Origin: Patellaria atrata CBS 101060
Lineage: Eukaryota
Length of the DNA: 40,655 nucleotides
Reading direction: 5' to 3'
Assembly (NCBI GenBank): GCA_010093705.1
Contig: MU006102.1
Coordinates: forward strand, 629,548-670,202
The notes under the pieces are model-generated. The model made no database searches. It saw only the letters and a program-made list of their open reading frames with translations, and was not told where the DNA came from. Below are positions 24,775-35,656 of the stretch, piece after piece (the first letter of the stretch is position 1; the number at the start of each line of letters is the position of its first letter). A program made the position numbers and the translations under genes.

Positions 24775-25422
24775 CTACACATTCCCCCCCTCAACCCACG
24801 CCTTCAACTCTAATCCTTGACTCTCAAACCCATCCTCCAACCCCTCCCCCAACCCTTCCCTCACCAGCACACTCCCAGGCCCAAAATAAGTCTCCCAGCT
24901 CATATACCGACACGCTCCATCCCCTTCATCAACAACGGTACTCGCATGCTCCGCCTTCATAACACCCGGTAGCTCCAACTTCCACGCCGTCAAATAGACC
25001 ATTTTCCCCTCATCCTGTCTTCCCCGGGCTACCCAACTCTCGCTCCAGAACGATATGAGCTCGACGGTCGAGCTCGGCAGACCCGCGGGGAACAGACCGA
25101 AGGACGTGATCAGGATCGGGGAGCCGACGGTCAGGGGTGGGGGGGATAGGGCGTCGATGCGCGCGAAGCTGTTCCAGGAGGGGTAACGTGGGAAGTCTTG
25201 TAGGGCGGTGAGGATGTGGGTGCAGTTTTGGGTTTGGGGCGGGGAGATGGAGAGGGTGGAGCAGACGGTGAAGATGGGGTTAGAGGTTTGCGTGAGAGGG
25301 TAGGAGGGCGTGGGCATGAGGGTGCCCGAGGGGAGGCAGGTTAGGGGGCCGGTGTATGGGGTGCTGGTTGCTAAGGAGGAGAGGAGGAGGAGGAGTCCTG
25401 AGATGGATCGTGGGAGGCGCAT
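24775..25422 (-). CDS. Secreted hypothetical protein, SRPBCC/START (polyketide cyclase/dehydrase-like) fold suspected
   Basis: 215-aa intronless ORF with a signal peptide (MRLPRSISGLLLLLSSLATS). DFPRYPSWNSF and the C-terminal RYMSWETYFG...GFESQGLELKAWVE resemble SRPBCC family patterns. Confidence 0.7.
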   Translation of the reverse strand: MRLPRSISGLLLLLSSLATSTPYTGPLTCLPSGTLMPTPSYPLTQTSNPIFTVCSTLSISPPQTQNCTHILTALQDFPRYPSWNSFARIDALSPPPLTVGSPILITSFGLFPAGLPSSTVELISFWSESWVARGRQDEGKMVYLTAWKLELPGVMKAEHASTVVDEGDGACRYMSWETYFGPGSVLVREGLGEGLEDGFESQGLELKAWVEGGNV

Positions 25423-26856
25423 GTTGAGGTGGTGGGATGGAGTTGATATGGGTTGGAGTAGGTATGGTGGTGAGGAGACCGGGTCTGGTTAGGATTTGGA
25501 AGGGTTGTAGGAAAGGTAGTAATTATATACGCGCATTAGGTTATCTTGCTATTCTCGAATTGGACTATCCTGTATTCCATCCTCGTCTCCCGTCTTTACC
25601 TGAACAGTTCTAGAATAACTGAAGACCTATCGCGTCCCAAGAATGACTAAATCTCGTGTCTGCATAAGAGGTCGTTTTAGGACTCTTTTCAACATGTCGT
25701 TCGGCTCGTTCCTAACTGGGTTCCATTTTTAGGCTATTCATCCTTCGGACATGGACGTCATTGCATTATCGAGCTAAGCTTGTCTGCTCAATTTTATGCA
25801 GTGTTAAGAAGTACAACGTGCTACCCGACTTGGCAATATTACACATTTTCACACTTATGCACTTCTCGTGAACTGAAGACGGATGAAGTTTGAATGCATG
25901 TCGATTCTTTGGGCTTAGTGCAATATATCCATGACTAAAACACCATCTGGTCATATACGTCCAAAGTCCTCCAGATCTTGATCCTCAATAAATAAAATAT
26001 TGCCTTAAATAAGAATGATAATGTAATCTGTTGTTTTGTAAGTCTCAAACAGCTCTCCCAAAGTGATATAAGTCATGATTAAAATGATATCCTCTTTTTA
26101 ACCCAAAAAGAAGACTTTGATCTTCCATCATTGCTTTTTAGGGTGACTCCATTGAGTTTACTCTTTTGCTATACATCCAAGATACTATAAGATGCGAGAG
26201 AGCTATCAATCAGTACCCATCCTGTGGTGAACGTAGAAGAGTACGAGGAACTTGACTATCCCTGGTGATCCGGCTGAATTCATCCTACAACGTTAAGGCC
26301 CATTCCCCTTTCCAGTATCGAAGTGGATGGGATGCTTGGGTTCGATGAGAAGACTCAGACCTCCCGAGCCATTTGTACTCCAGGGTCGAACAAGAAGATG
26401 AGATCCGGTTTACAAGATGCATAGCACCTTAGATGGAGCTCAAGTAGGATAAGAATGAAGTCTTCTTCGCGGCCGGAATGCATATAAGCCCCATTGCCCT
26501 TTCGGGTTTTCTGATAGTCGCTAGCCGTCCTGTTTGAGCGGCTGTTGATTTCCCTTCATGACATCGACTCTGCCTTTTTCCAAGATCAGACCTCGGGGTT
26601 CCCGGTGATGAAGTCTTCCACCGCAAATATTCCTCAAAATACGGGCCATCAGTGCTGCTAGTTCCCGAATTGTTGTAGTAGGCTTCCTAACTGCAAGAAC
26701 ATCCGCAGAAAAAGTTCATGACACTACAGCTCGTGCAATTGTATTGGTAAGCTCGTAGTTTGCACGGTTTCGCTGGTGTAGGAGTCTCATGAGTCTCAGA
26801 AAAGTGAACGGAGAATTGGTCCGGTATCTCCCTGGGGGAACCAATGACCCCAATGT

Positions 26857-29070
26857 TTACCCCGTACATCTTTCCCATGGCTCTCTGTATACAAGCGCCA
26901 TACCCTCAAACACAGCTCTCTCCGCATCTTCCATGCTCCCATCAACACCATTGGGACCCTCAAGTGCGACAACCTCACCGGTTCTCCTACTCCTGACACC
27001 GCTACTGTCAAATTTCCATCCTTTGACATTTTTCGCGTAGCGTCTCAAATCTCTCTGAAAGGTAGTGCCACCGCTCCATCCAGTAATCGCGCATCCAACT
27101 GTGCGCCAGGGACTGACGATGATATCGACTCTGCGATGAACATTGGGATTCTTCGCTTTCGGGTTCTTCGCGAGATCTTCCTTTTTGGTTGGCCAATAAG
27201 GATCTTGCCAGACAACTAGAGCCTTGTCTAAGGTGTCGAATCCCATTCCTCCTGATGCTACCATCGTTGATGCTCTATATGCAAGAGTGCTTTGACCTCT
27301 ATGCGTACCATGGAGACTGAGAAGAAGTGTATGAGTGATATATCCAGCTTTTTCCAAGTTTTCAACAATATGTGTGACGAGATTCGCAGTTTTGTCCAAG
27401 TCGCGGTGCGAGACTATCATATCAACATCTCCAGCTCTCTCCTTTCCTCGTCGGTATCCCCCAACGATCATGAGCTCAATTCCCTCGTCTCTGACTTTGA
27501 CGCCATGTTCTTTAACAATTGCTCCTATTTCCTCGACTTCTGCGCGTGGTATTCCTTCTAGAAATTCGTCGTAATATTTGACTCCGATTTGCTGAACTCG
27601 AGAAAGAGTATGCCATCCAAACTCAACGATATCATCAAGTTCCCTCCAACCATTTTTGTACAGAAACTCCCGAGCTGAGGTTGCTCCAACACCCCAGATT
27701 TCCCAAAAGAGTTTTAGTATTGGCATATCGCCTTCATTCTCCGCTTCTTCCGCCTCTTTGATTCTACCAGTATTCTTCCATTCAATCCAGAGATTTGCTA
27801 TTTTCAGGTCACAACCTGGTAGCTGTATAATTTCTCTGTAGTTTGTAATTTTGTATGGGTATGCAGCCAGTGAAGCAATAGAAGTGCTATATGCGCGAAC
27901 CCCTATCTCATCTACTAAAAGCACCCTTGCAAGCTTGATCTTCTTTAATTCGTTGATGAAATCATCATTCGGTGCAGGAGCCGGTGTACTTCTTTGACAG
28001 GCGTATATTATATTCTTCTTGACCCATTCGGGAGGTTCTGGTATATCACTCTCATCGCCTTCGTATTCACTAGTCGTCTGCTGGAGTAATTTCGCCCTGC
28101 TGGCTTGAGAGAGATCGAATTTTCGAAATGGGATATTGCTTTTCCCAAACCGACGGCCTCCAAATGCTCTATTCAACTTACGGTTCTTCGGGGGTGTAGA
28201 TTCTGCATCAGCTTGTGCGCGTTCCAAGATGCCATGCGCAATTACGGGCCTTTCTGCCATTTTCTGCGTGGAACCAGGTAAGATGTCGAATTTTGAATTT
28301 CTAAACATTATCTGGGAAGACCTGTCCTTCTTAATATCATCCACATTCGGGAGAATGCGACCCTGATACACCAAGTAGTTGTCCAGAGGAAGGAGATGTC
28401 CAGCTTTGATCAAATCATCAACCCAGTCAATGCTAACAATCTTAACAACGTCCTTGAAGTCTGGTTCATCAAATGAAACAACGTCAACAGTCGATATACT
28501 CTCCGGCATAGGCGAGTGTATCTCTATTGTAGGGTTTATAGTTCGCGGAGAAGCTTGCTCCACCGTTTCTGGAATAGATTCATTGTCGGTAGTGGAATCC
28601 TCATGGGCTCCTTTGGAGTGCTTGCTCATCGATATCTCTTTATCTGATGGCGAATCAGTTTCATCATCTGTGGTCAAGTCATCTTTCTGTTCTACCACTT
28701 TGGGAACCCCTGAATCAATACGCCTCCTCTTCGTAGGGAGCTCGCCTCCAATTTCCTGTGACTCAATCTTCGCCTCATCTTTTGAAATATCCTCAGTAGT
28801 TATGCCCTTCCAACGCAATTCCAGTTTAGCCCGAGTCTTTGAGGCAATTCTTCCAAAGAATATTCTAGCATCCTTAACATTATCAGTCAAAGGCGCACCT
28901 CTAAATACAAGGCTTTCTTTCGCTTTTTTGAGCTCCTCGTCGGTAAAGTGTGTCGAAAGAACATATACAGGTGGTAAGATACTGAAATCTAATGTTGGAA
29001 GTCCCTCATCCCTAGCTGGGGAGCTTCCAGCTAGTGTTTGAAAAGAGGGAGGTTCTGATTCCATAATCAT
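26857..29070 (-). CDS. POL4: Family X DNA polymerase (Pol4, Pol mu/TdT-like) with probable N-terminal BRCT region, single exon
   Basis: Motifs YACQRSTP, RAYSTSIASLAAYP..I, LPGCDLKI (HhH), WGVGATSA, GGYRRGK..AGDVD, RRVDII and GWSGGTTFQRDLRR. Start could be 29070 or 29064. Confidence 0.92.
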   Translation of the reverse strand: MIMESEPPSFQTLAGSSPARDEGLPTLDFSILPPVYVLSTHFTDEELKKAKESLVFRGAPLTDNVKDARIFFGRIASKTRAKLELRWKGITTEDISKDEAKIESQEIGGELPTKRRRIDSGVPKVVEQKDDLTTDDETDSPSDKEISMSKHSKGAHEDSTTDNESIPETVEQASPRTINPTIEIHSPMPESISTVDVVSFDEPDFKDVVKIVSIDWVDDLIKAGHLLPLDNYLVYQGRILPNVDDIKKDRSSQIMFRNSKFDILPGSTQKMAERPVIAHGILERAQADAESTPPKNRKLNRAFGGRRFGKSNIPFRKFDLSQASRAKLLQQTTSEYEGDESDIPEPPEWVKKNIIYACQRSTPAPAPNDDFINELKKIKLARVLLVDEIGVRAYSTSIASLAAYPYKITNYREIIQLPGCDLKIANLWIEWKNTGRIKEAEEAENEGDMPILKLFWEIWGVGATSAREFLYKNGWRELDDIVEFGWHTLSRVQQIGVKYYDEFLEGIPRAEVEEIGAIVKEHGVKVRDEGIELMIVGGYRRGKERAGDVDMIVSHRDLDKTANLVTHIVENLEKAGYITHTLLLSLHGTHRGQSTLAYRASTMVASGGMGFDTLDKALVVWQDPYWPTKKEDLAKNPKAKNPNVHRRVDIIVSPWRTVGCAITGWSGGTTFQRDLRRYAKNVKGWKFDSSGVRSRRTGEVVALEGPNGVDGSMEDAERAVFEGMALVYREPWERCTG

Positions 29071-29429
29071 CCAAAAGTATGATAAGTTGGTATGTTTAAA
29101 TAATCGAGTATATGTATATCAGGTAAAATAAGAAGGAGCTAGGGATATGTAATGAGGATGGCGCTCTGTCGAGCCCTGGGACAGGACCGATCTCTTACTA
29201 CATCACGTTCAGATTAATGACATTCCTTCACGGACTATTATGTTTAGAAAAAATTGTATTAGTGATTAAGTGTGAATCGTAGATAATCAAAGAAGATTGC
29301 TTCATTGTACATTAATAGAGGTTGCTGAAATTGGTCTTAGTCGGTTAGCAGATGACATAATCAGCCTAGAAGAGGAGCAATATGAAAGCTAAGTAGAGCT
29401 TAGGATAATGTAAGAGAGAAACTCATCGG

Positions 29430-29647
29430 CTAAGATACTATACCAAGAATGATGTTCTATATGCTAAGATTCTATGCCTACTACCATGTAACATTGGTTG
29501 AAGTTTCCTACCAAGTACCATGCAGTATAGGTTAAGGTTTCTACCAAGTAAGATGTAGTATAGGTCAAGATTTTCTACCAAGTAACATGTAATATGGGTT
29601 AAGGTTTCCTACCAAGTAAAATGTAACATGGGCTGAGATTTTCTACC
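29430..29647. repeat. Minisatellite of 33-34 bp units (4 clear plus ~2 degenerate)
   Basis: Units begin CTACCAAGTA at 29508, 29541, 29575 and 29609, with approximate consensus CTACCAAGTAnnATGTArTATrGGTTAAGrTTTy. Degenerate copies lie upstream. Confidence 0.85.
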
Positions 29648-29689
29648 CTACTCCTATGTTAGAGAGGGTATCTATAATATGTATATACA

Positions 29690-31309
29690 TCACCTAAACC
29701 TCCCGAATCTCTCCTCCTCCCTTCTACGTTCCGCAACCAAGTTCACAATCCCCTGATCGTACACCTCATGAGCCCTCTTCCCACCATTCAAAACCTCTTT
29801 CTCGTGCTTCGCCGCTTCTTCCTTAGTCATACAAACAAGATCATTGAACCTGAGTGTAGACCTTTTCTGACCCGGAACGCTCACATCAACAAAGTCTTGC
29901 GGCGGTGCCTCCCACCTTGTGAGTATCAATCGTGTAGTCAACCCAGTAATTATACTTCGTCCCCGGTATACCTCTTCGATAAGATATCCTACATCGTCTG
30001 CGGTGACGGGGATGCGTAGACCGAGCGCGTCTTGATCTCTTGACCGCGCTAGTCTTTCTTCTTGGCCTTGGAGTGTGGCTAAGATGCCTTCGTACATCTT
30101 TTCTCTTCCTTTTGAAGGGAGATATTCGTGTGGATATCCGGTGATCGCTAAGATAACATGGTTGGACACGCACATGCCGAATATCGCGGGCATAGTACCG
30201 AGAACTGGTAGTATCCTGACTCGGAAGTCTGGTAGAACCCCCAATTCTCCCACTTTGCCTTTCTCGAATTCGTCGTCTGGCAGCGGAAGTAGTTGCGCTT
30301 TGCCAGGTCCTGTCTTTTCAGTCGAGAACACAACTGGGATGCCGTCTTTTACTCCCACAGCTCGTAGTCTCCTCCGTGTAGATTTAGACAGCGGATCATC
30401 GGTACTGGCAGATATATCCCCGATTAAGATTCTGGTTGGGTCCGATTTACAGCCAGCTCCCATGGAAGAAATTACCGGCAAGTCATGCATTTTGCAATAA
30501 CGCAATAATGCTACTTTGCTATCAATATTATCAATAGCGTCTATAATGTAAGTCGGCTGCTGGCCATCAAGTGGACCAAGTTGTCTTTCCGCCGAGCTCT
30601 CATTAAAAAGCTCATTTCTGCAGTCAAAGTGGACCCATGGTGTGATTTGTTCTAGTCTCTTCCGTAGGCAATGTACCTTCGGTATTCCCACATCTGCGAG
30701 AGTTGCGACGGCGTGTCTGTTCAAGGAGGAGAGCGTAACTTGGTCGAAATCAATCAAGCGGATCTTGGAGACGCCAGAACGTGATAGCGAAGCTGTGGCA
30801 TGAGAGCCTACTCCACCACAACCTACGACGATAATGAATGCGGAGCGAAGCTTTTCCAGGCCATCGTCTGTGAGGAAGACGCGATTACGAGCGAGTTGTT
30901 CGAGAATTAGCTCTGTTAAAGCGTGAGTTATGGCACGAAGTCTAATTTGGAAGTTCCCGTACCATCATCATAATCCCCTTGTCTTGCCCTAATAGCAAGA
31001 GCTTCCCCTCGTGCATCCTCTTTGCTTGGTGCTGTTACATTAGCAGCAGCTCCATATTCTGTTAGCTTCACTTTGAAAGCCATCGGTCAGCACACCGCAA
31101 TAGACATCGAAGGGTGAACAGCGTACCCTAGTCGCAACGTGTTCCTGAGATATGTCTGGGATAGAAGCTTTCAGATGTTCGACCCTATATATGCGCCTTG
31201 CTTTCTGAATTCCTAAAACAGCTCCAGCGACCACAACGCCAGATATCACCGCAGTCGCAACGAGCTGCGCATGATGAGACGACGTTGCTCTAGAGATCCA
31301 ACTCGACAT
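29690..31309 (-). CDS. tRNA threonylcarbamoyladenosine dehydratase (ThiF/E1-like, yeast TCD1/TCD2 family), 3 exons
   Basis: Exons 31309-31127, 31065-30963 and 30912-29690. N-terminal TM anchor and motifs EQLARNRVF, VVGCGGVGSH, IDFDQVTLSSLNRHA, DAIDNIDSK, SMGAGCKSDPTR, DPLSK and RILPVLGTMP. Confidence 0.92.
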
Positions 31310-31573
31310 TCTTATAAAGATGATACGAGTGTCATAATGTGACGATTAATCCCATATTTTAAGAGACGATATATGGCTAAATAAAGGATTGTGGAAATAT
31401 CTACCGTATCATGGCAATATCTCTTCCTATCTCAAAAATATACGTATGAGCGGAGGTCTGTGCGGAAGCTCTACTGACTAAGCGACATTCCCGTCCCGCC
31501 GTGCAAGTTTTATACCTGTACACGGAGCTTTCTCTGAATTTTTAGCATCATATACGAGCTAGGAATCCCATCG

Positions 31574-32922
31574 ATGCCACGCGAAGAGTCCCCCGCAACT
31601 CCCAGCCTTCCATGGCGAGCTTCTTCGATGGCTGTGATGGCGCTCACCGGAATCCTCTCACGCGCATTCCTCTACGGCCTCTCGAGAACCGAAGTCGACG
31701 GCTTAGAAGGCTTTCTGCGCGTGTTGGACAGGAGAAAAGATGTAAAGAAGAGAGATAGAGGGTTGATTACCGGTAGGTGGTTACTGTAAATGGGTGGTTC
31801 TTGTATATGGGCCATGAGGGACAGCAGGCTGACGGACCATGAAAAAGTGTCAAATCATGTTAGTGTGTATGTACGTACAAAAAGTATATAACCGCATACA
31901 AAGATTGAGGTTCTGACACGCGACTCCGGATAATAGACTCGATGATCCGGTCATCTGGGGTGTACTTCCATTCCGCTATATGTTCGACCCAGACAACCTC
32001 CGCTGGAGTTTAGGAAGCTACGACATTTGTTTCAAAAACCGGTAGAAGGACCTCGCCCTATACCTTAACAGCGGTATACATATTGACACTCAACAGGTTT
32101 ACAAGCCAATTCTTCACATACGGCCAAACCCTCCCCACCCACCGCCTTGCGCACTCCCCCTACGGCGGCCTCTTCCAACCCACAATCACACAAGCAATAC
32201 GTCTCCTCTCATCAGGACCATTCTCCATCCCTCCTCAACCATCCCCATCACTCTCCCCTCCTCAACCCTCACACCCCTCCCCAGATACCCAACCCCTCCT
32301 ACCAGAACCCCCAAGCGACCCTTTCTCCTCCAACCATCTCACCTACACAACCAACGCGCTCGACACCTTCCCCTCCCCCTCGGCCTACGCAAGCAGAAAG
32401 CACGCATGGCTCCACATCTTCCCCGAAGGCAAGATCCACCAGAAAGAGGACAAGACGATGCGCTACCTCAAATGGGGCGTCGCGCGTCTGATCCTCGAGT
32501 CCGACCCCTGTCCCACCATTGTACCCATGTGGATCGACGGCCCGCAGGAAATGATGCACGAGTCGCGCTCATTTCCGCGTTTCTTGCCGCGCCTGGGGAA
32601 GAGCCTGCAAGTGGTTTTTGGCGACGAGGTCGATACGGAGAGCGTGTTTGGGGATCTGAGGGAAAGGTGGAGGATCTTGAAGGCGAGAGAGGGTGTGGGT
32701 CAGGAGGTGGGCATTTTAACTGAGGGGCTAAAGTATGGGGTTGAGGCTGTGGAGCTGCGGAAGGAGTGTACCATGAGAGTGCGGGAAGAAGTGCTGAAGG
32801 TTAGGAGGAAGAGAGGATTGCCGGATGAGGATCCAAAGGCAGGGCTGGTGGAGACGTGGGTTCAAGAGGGAGGTAAGAGGGAGGGTAGGATGAAGGATGG
32901 AAGTTGGGTCAAAGATACCTGA
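31574..32922 (+). CDS. TAZ1: Tafazzin (cardiolipin transacylase), 4 exons including a 19-nt micro-exon
   Basis: Exons 31574-31772, 31848-31866, 31937-32041 and 32097-32922. Spliced RGLIT|VSNHVS|VLDDPVIWG (HX4D motif), RWSLGSYDICF, WLHIFPEGKIHQ and MRYLKWGVARLILE. Confidence 0.94.
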
Positions 32923-33196
32923 TCAGAGTGGCAGGTTGGGTATTGGAAATTGTGCAATATCGCATTTGATGTGTTCTGAGGTCGGTTGGTTAGTTTGTTC
33001 AGAAGAGAAAAGTTGTAACACTTGATTCGAGTGCAATAAAACTAGAGAACTGGCTCCAACGCTATGCACCAAACAAAAATCGACCTTTCGAACCCTACCC
33101 CTGAACTGATATACAGCCCCTAAATATTTGATACAAAAGGTACTGTACAGTACGTACAACGCCCGATACGCAGGAACAATGACTTTCATTCTCTAA

Positions 33197-34222
33197 TCAA
33201 TTCCTCTTCCCTTGCTGCGCTATCTGCGCAATCGACCTCTGCCTCTCCTTATAATCCTTCACTATGATCGAACAGGGGACTTCGGCACAAAGTCTCTTCC
33301 GTCTATTCAGTGGCAATTTCTCCGCAAACTCCAACCCACTCGCTCTCTCGAGGCCCTCCAGGGGAATCTCAAAATCGCTCAACGGCTTATCATTCGCGAT
33401 ATGCGTATTCGGTAGCACGAACGCGCCGAGCGCCACATTGCCTCCCGCCATGCCATCTTCCGCGAAAATGACCTTATAGAAATGCGTCGGGACAGCGATA
33501 TTAGGCGGGCTCCCGATAACCTCGTAACTGACGCGCCACTTGCCGTCCGGCTCGCGCTTAGGCAGGTACAGCGGCCCCGTGACGATGCGCACGCTGGGAT
33601 ACTTCCCCGCGAGACGGCGGCAGAAGTCCTCGAAGTGCGCCCAGTAGTCGCGGTTGAAGCCCTCGCCGACCTGCGGACACATGTTGCTCAGGCTGAACGT
33701 GTCGTCCATGGCCTCCTGGCTCCATTTCGCGTCGGCGGCGGGGACCTGGTGACCCCGGTCGTACCCGGAGCGGTAGTAGTCTTTTAGCTTGCCCCGGAAC
33801 TTTTCGGGGATCGAGGAGTCTTCGACGAAGACGCTGTGTTTGCGGTCTGCGTTGTGGGCTGCGAGGGACTGTGGGGTGATGTGTTCGGCGACCCAGTGCG
33901 GGTTCCGCGTGCGGCGGTCGAAGGAGGAGATTAGGGATGCGACAGGGCGTAGGTCTGCTATTGGGCCAGGGAAGCCGTACTGGAAGAGGCCTGTTGGGTC
34001 CACAGGGGCGGTGGTGAGGGATTTGAGTTGTGAGAAGGGCGCGGGAATAGGTGGTAAGGGGGTGGTGCGGGATGGTGTTGAGACGGTAGTCGTTGTAGTC
34101 GTTACGGCGGGAGAAGAAGCGGGAGATGGACGCCGTGACGTTGCTGAGTAGTATGCTGCTGTCGCTGCTGCCCCAGTTGCTGCTCCAGCGGCAGCGATTA
34201 TGGCGAATGTTGCTTTAGACAT
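33197..34222 (-). CDS. NUC1: Mitochondrial DNA/RNA non-specific nuclease (endonuclease G)
   Basis: Motifs YGFPGP, RTRNPHWVAEH, SGYDRGHQVPAAD (DRGH), FSLSNMCPQVGEGFNRDYW, TGPLYLP, VPTHFYK and LERASGL. Confidence 0.96.
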   Translation of the reverse strand: MSKATFAIIAAAGAATGAAATAAYYSATSRRPSPASSPAVTTTTTTVSTPSRTTPLPPIPAPFSQLKSLTTAPVDPTGLFQYGFPGPIADLRPVASLISSFDRRTRNPHWVAEHITPQSLAAHNADRKHSVFVEDSSIPEKFRGKLKDYYRSGYDRGHQVPAADAKWSQEAMDDTFSLSNMCPQVGEGFNRDYWAHFEDFCRRLAGKYPSVRIVTGPLYLPKREPDGKWRVSYEVIGSPPNIAVPTHFYKVIFAEDGMAGGNVALGAFVLPNTHIANDKPLSDFEIPLEGLERASGLEFAEKLPLNRRKRLCAEVPCSIIVKDYKERQRSIAQIAQQGKRN

Positions 34223-34889
34223 GTTTAGAGCTCTGGCGGCGACGAGCTAGAAATGGAGGGGAGACGCAATCTTCGGGGTTGAAGTTGTCCTTGACGCCTT
34301 TATTTGCAGGGAGGGATCACTGTGAGCTGGAGCACAGCTGAAGACGCGGTTTTTGGACTTTTAATGCGTGATGCTGTCCAGCTGTTTAATGTTCAAATGA
34401 AATGTGGTCAGGCTGTCAAATCCCAGAATTTCCCGGCTATAGGCGCTAAACGAAACATTCTTGGCGCGTAGCTTGAACTCAGAGCTGCAAAGAAGTTGAT
34501 GAACCACCGTTGTACTCTGTACAGTACAGTACAGTACACAAACGAATGTACTGATATTTCTTCTCATGGGTGTCTCAGGGAGTCATTGATGGCACACTGG
34601 TAGAAATTCTTTGACAAGTCGCCAGGACTCACGAATACCGATAGAATCGCTTCATATCATTTCAACAACTTCGCTGCCACCTAACGCCATCCCATGCAGA
34701 AATCCCTAATATGCTCTAATATCCGCCGAGTCTCAACTTCCTGCTAGTGACAGGAACCTTTGCTTAGAGCTACCTTAGGTAACGCCGCCCATAAACATCC
34801 CTCGCCATGCTTCAAGGTCGAAAGTAGATAAAAAGTTAAAGCACCTCTCTAGGTGTCACACAAATACAGCTATAGCAGAAAATAGTAAT

Positions 34890-35656
34890 TCATAACTCAT
34901 CGCTCTCCTTTCGCTTTCTCCTACCTCCGGCAGACCGCTTCTTCTTCCCACCGGGGACCTCGTCCGAATCCTCATCCTTGCTCGCTGGCGCGTCTTGCAC
35001 TCGCTCCACGATATCACGGAGGAAGTCGAATTGGTCGTCTTTCATGACCGCGGCCTTGAGATGAGCGGCAGACACACGCTTCTGATTCTTGCTCTTCGCC
35101 TCTGCGGCTGCTTTAGTAACTAAGGAAATCATGAACAGTTCCAACGCTTTTGCTGTTTCACGCGTTAGCTTGGATTGAAATGGACGTATGGCGTGTCCGA
35201 GGACAGCTTACAAACTGCAACAGGAGTCACTTGCGCGACCTTGCCTACATCATCGTCGGCTTGCATGATCCTCTTTATTCTCGCAACGGGGAACTTGGTT
35301 CGCACTTCGATCCCCAAATCTGGACGTGTCCCAGCGGTCTCCATCTTCTGTCTCTTCGCTCTTTGCATATTCTCTGTCATCTCCCTCACGGGGTTCTGAT
35401 TATAATTCCAAGCTTCCTGATTCTCCTCTTTCAGCGGTGGGTGATAAAGAGGGCCGTTTGACACTGTTTTCCCAAAATAGCCCGTTTGCCCTGGTATCGA
35501 CTGTTGCGGCGGTGAGTAAACGTGCTGATGGGAAATAGAGCCCTTATACCGCTGATGTTGAGGTAGCACGTGCTCCTGATTACCCAAGTAATATGCGTCT
35601 GTCAGCTTGGGTGACTGGGGAACGTAAGAGGTATCCGGGTCCTCGAAATCGGTCAT
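34890..35656 (-). CDS. BUR6: Negative cofactor 2 alpha subunit (DRAP1/Bur6, histone fold), 2 exons
   Basis: Exons 35656-35212 and 35152-34890. Spliced [41 protein letters not shown]...[19 protein letters not shown]. The start codon is uncertain. Confidence 0.9.

Noticed and set aside
26200..26800. Possible small gene or pseudogene downstream of POL4
   Set aside because: Only short stop-interrupted frames with no recognisable homology or splice pattern.
29430..29647. CRISPR array
   Set aside because: The sequence between the conserved cores is mutually homologous rather than unique spacers, there are no cas genes, and the context is eukaryotic.
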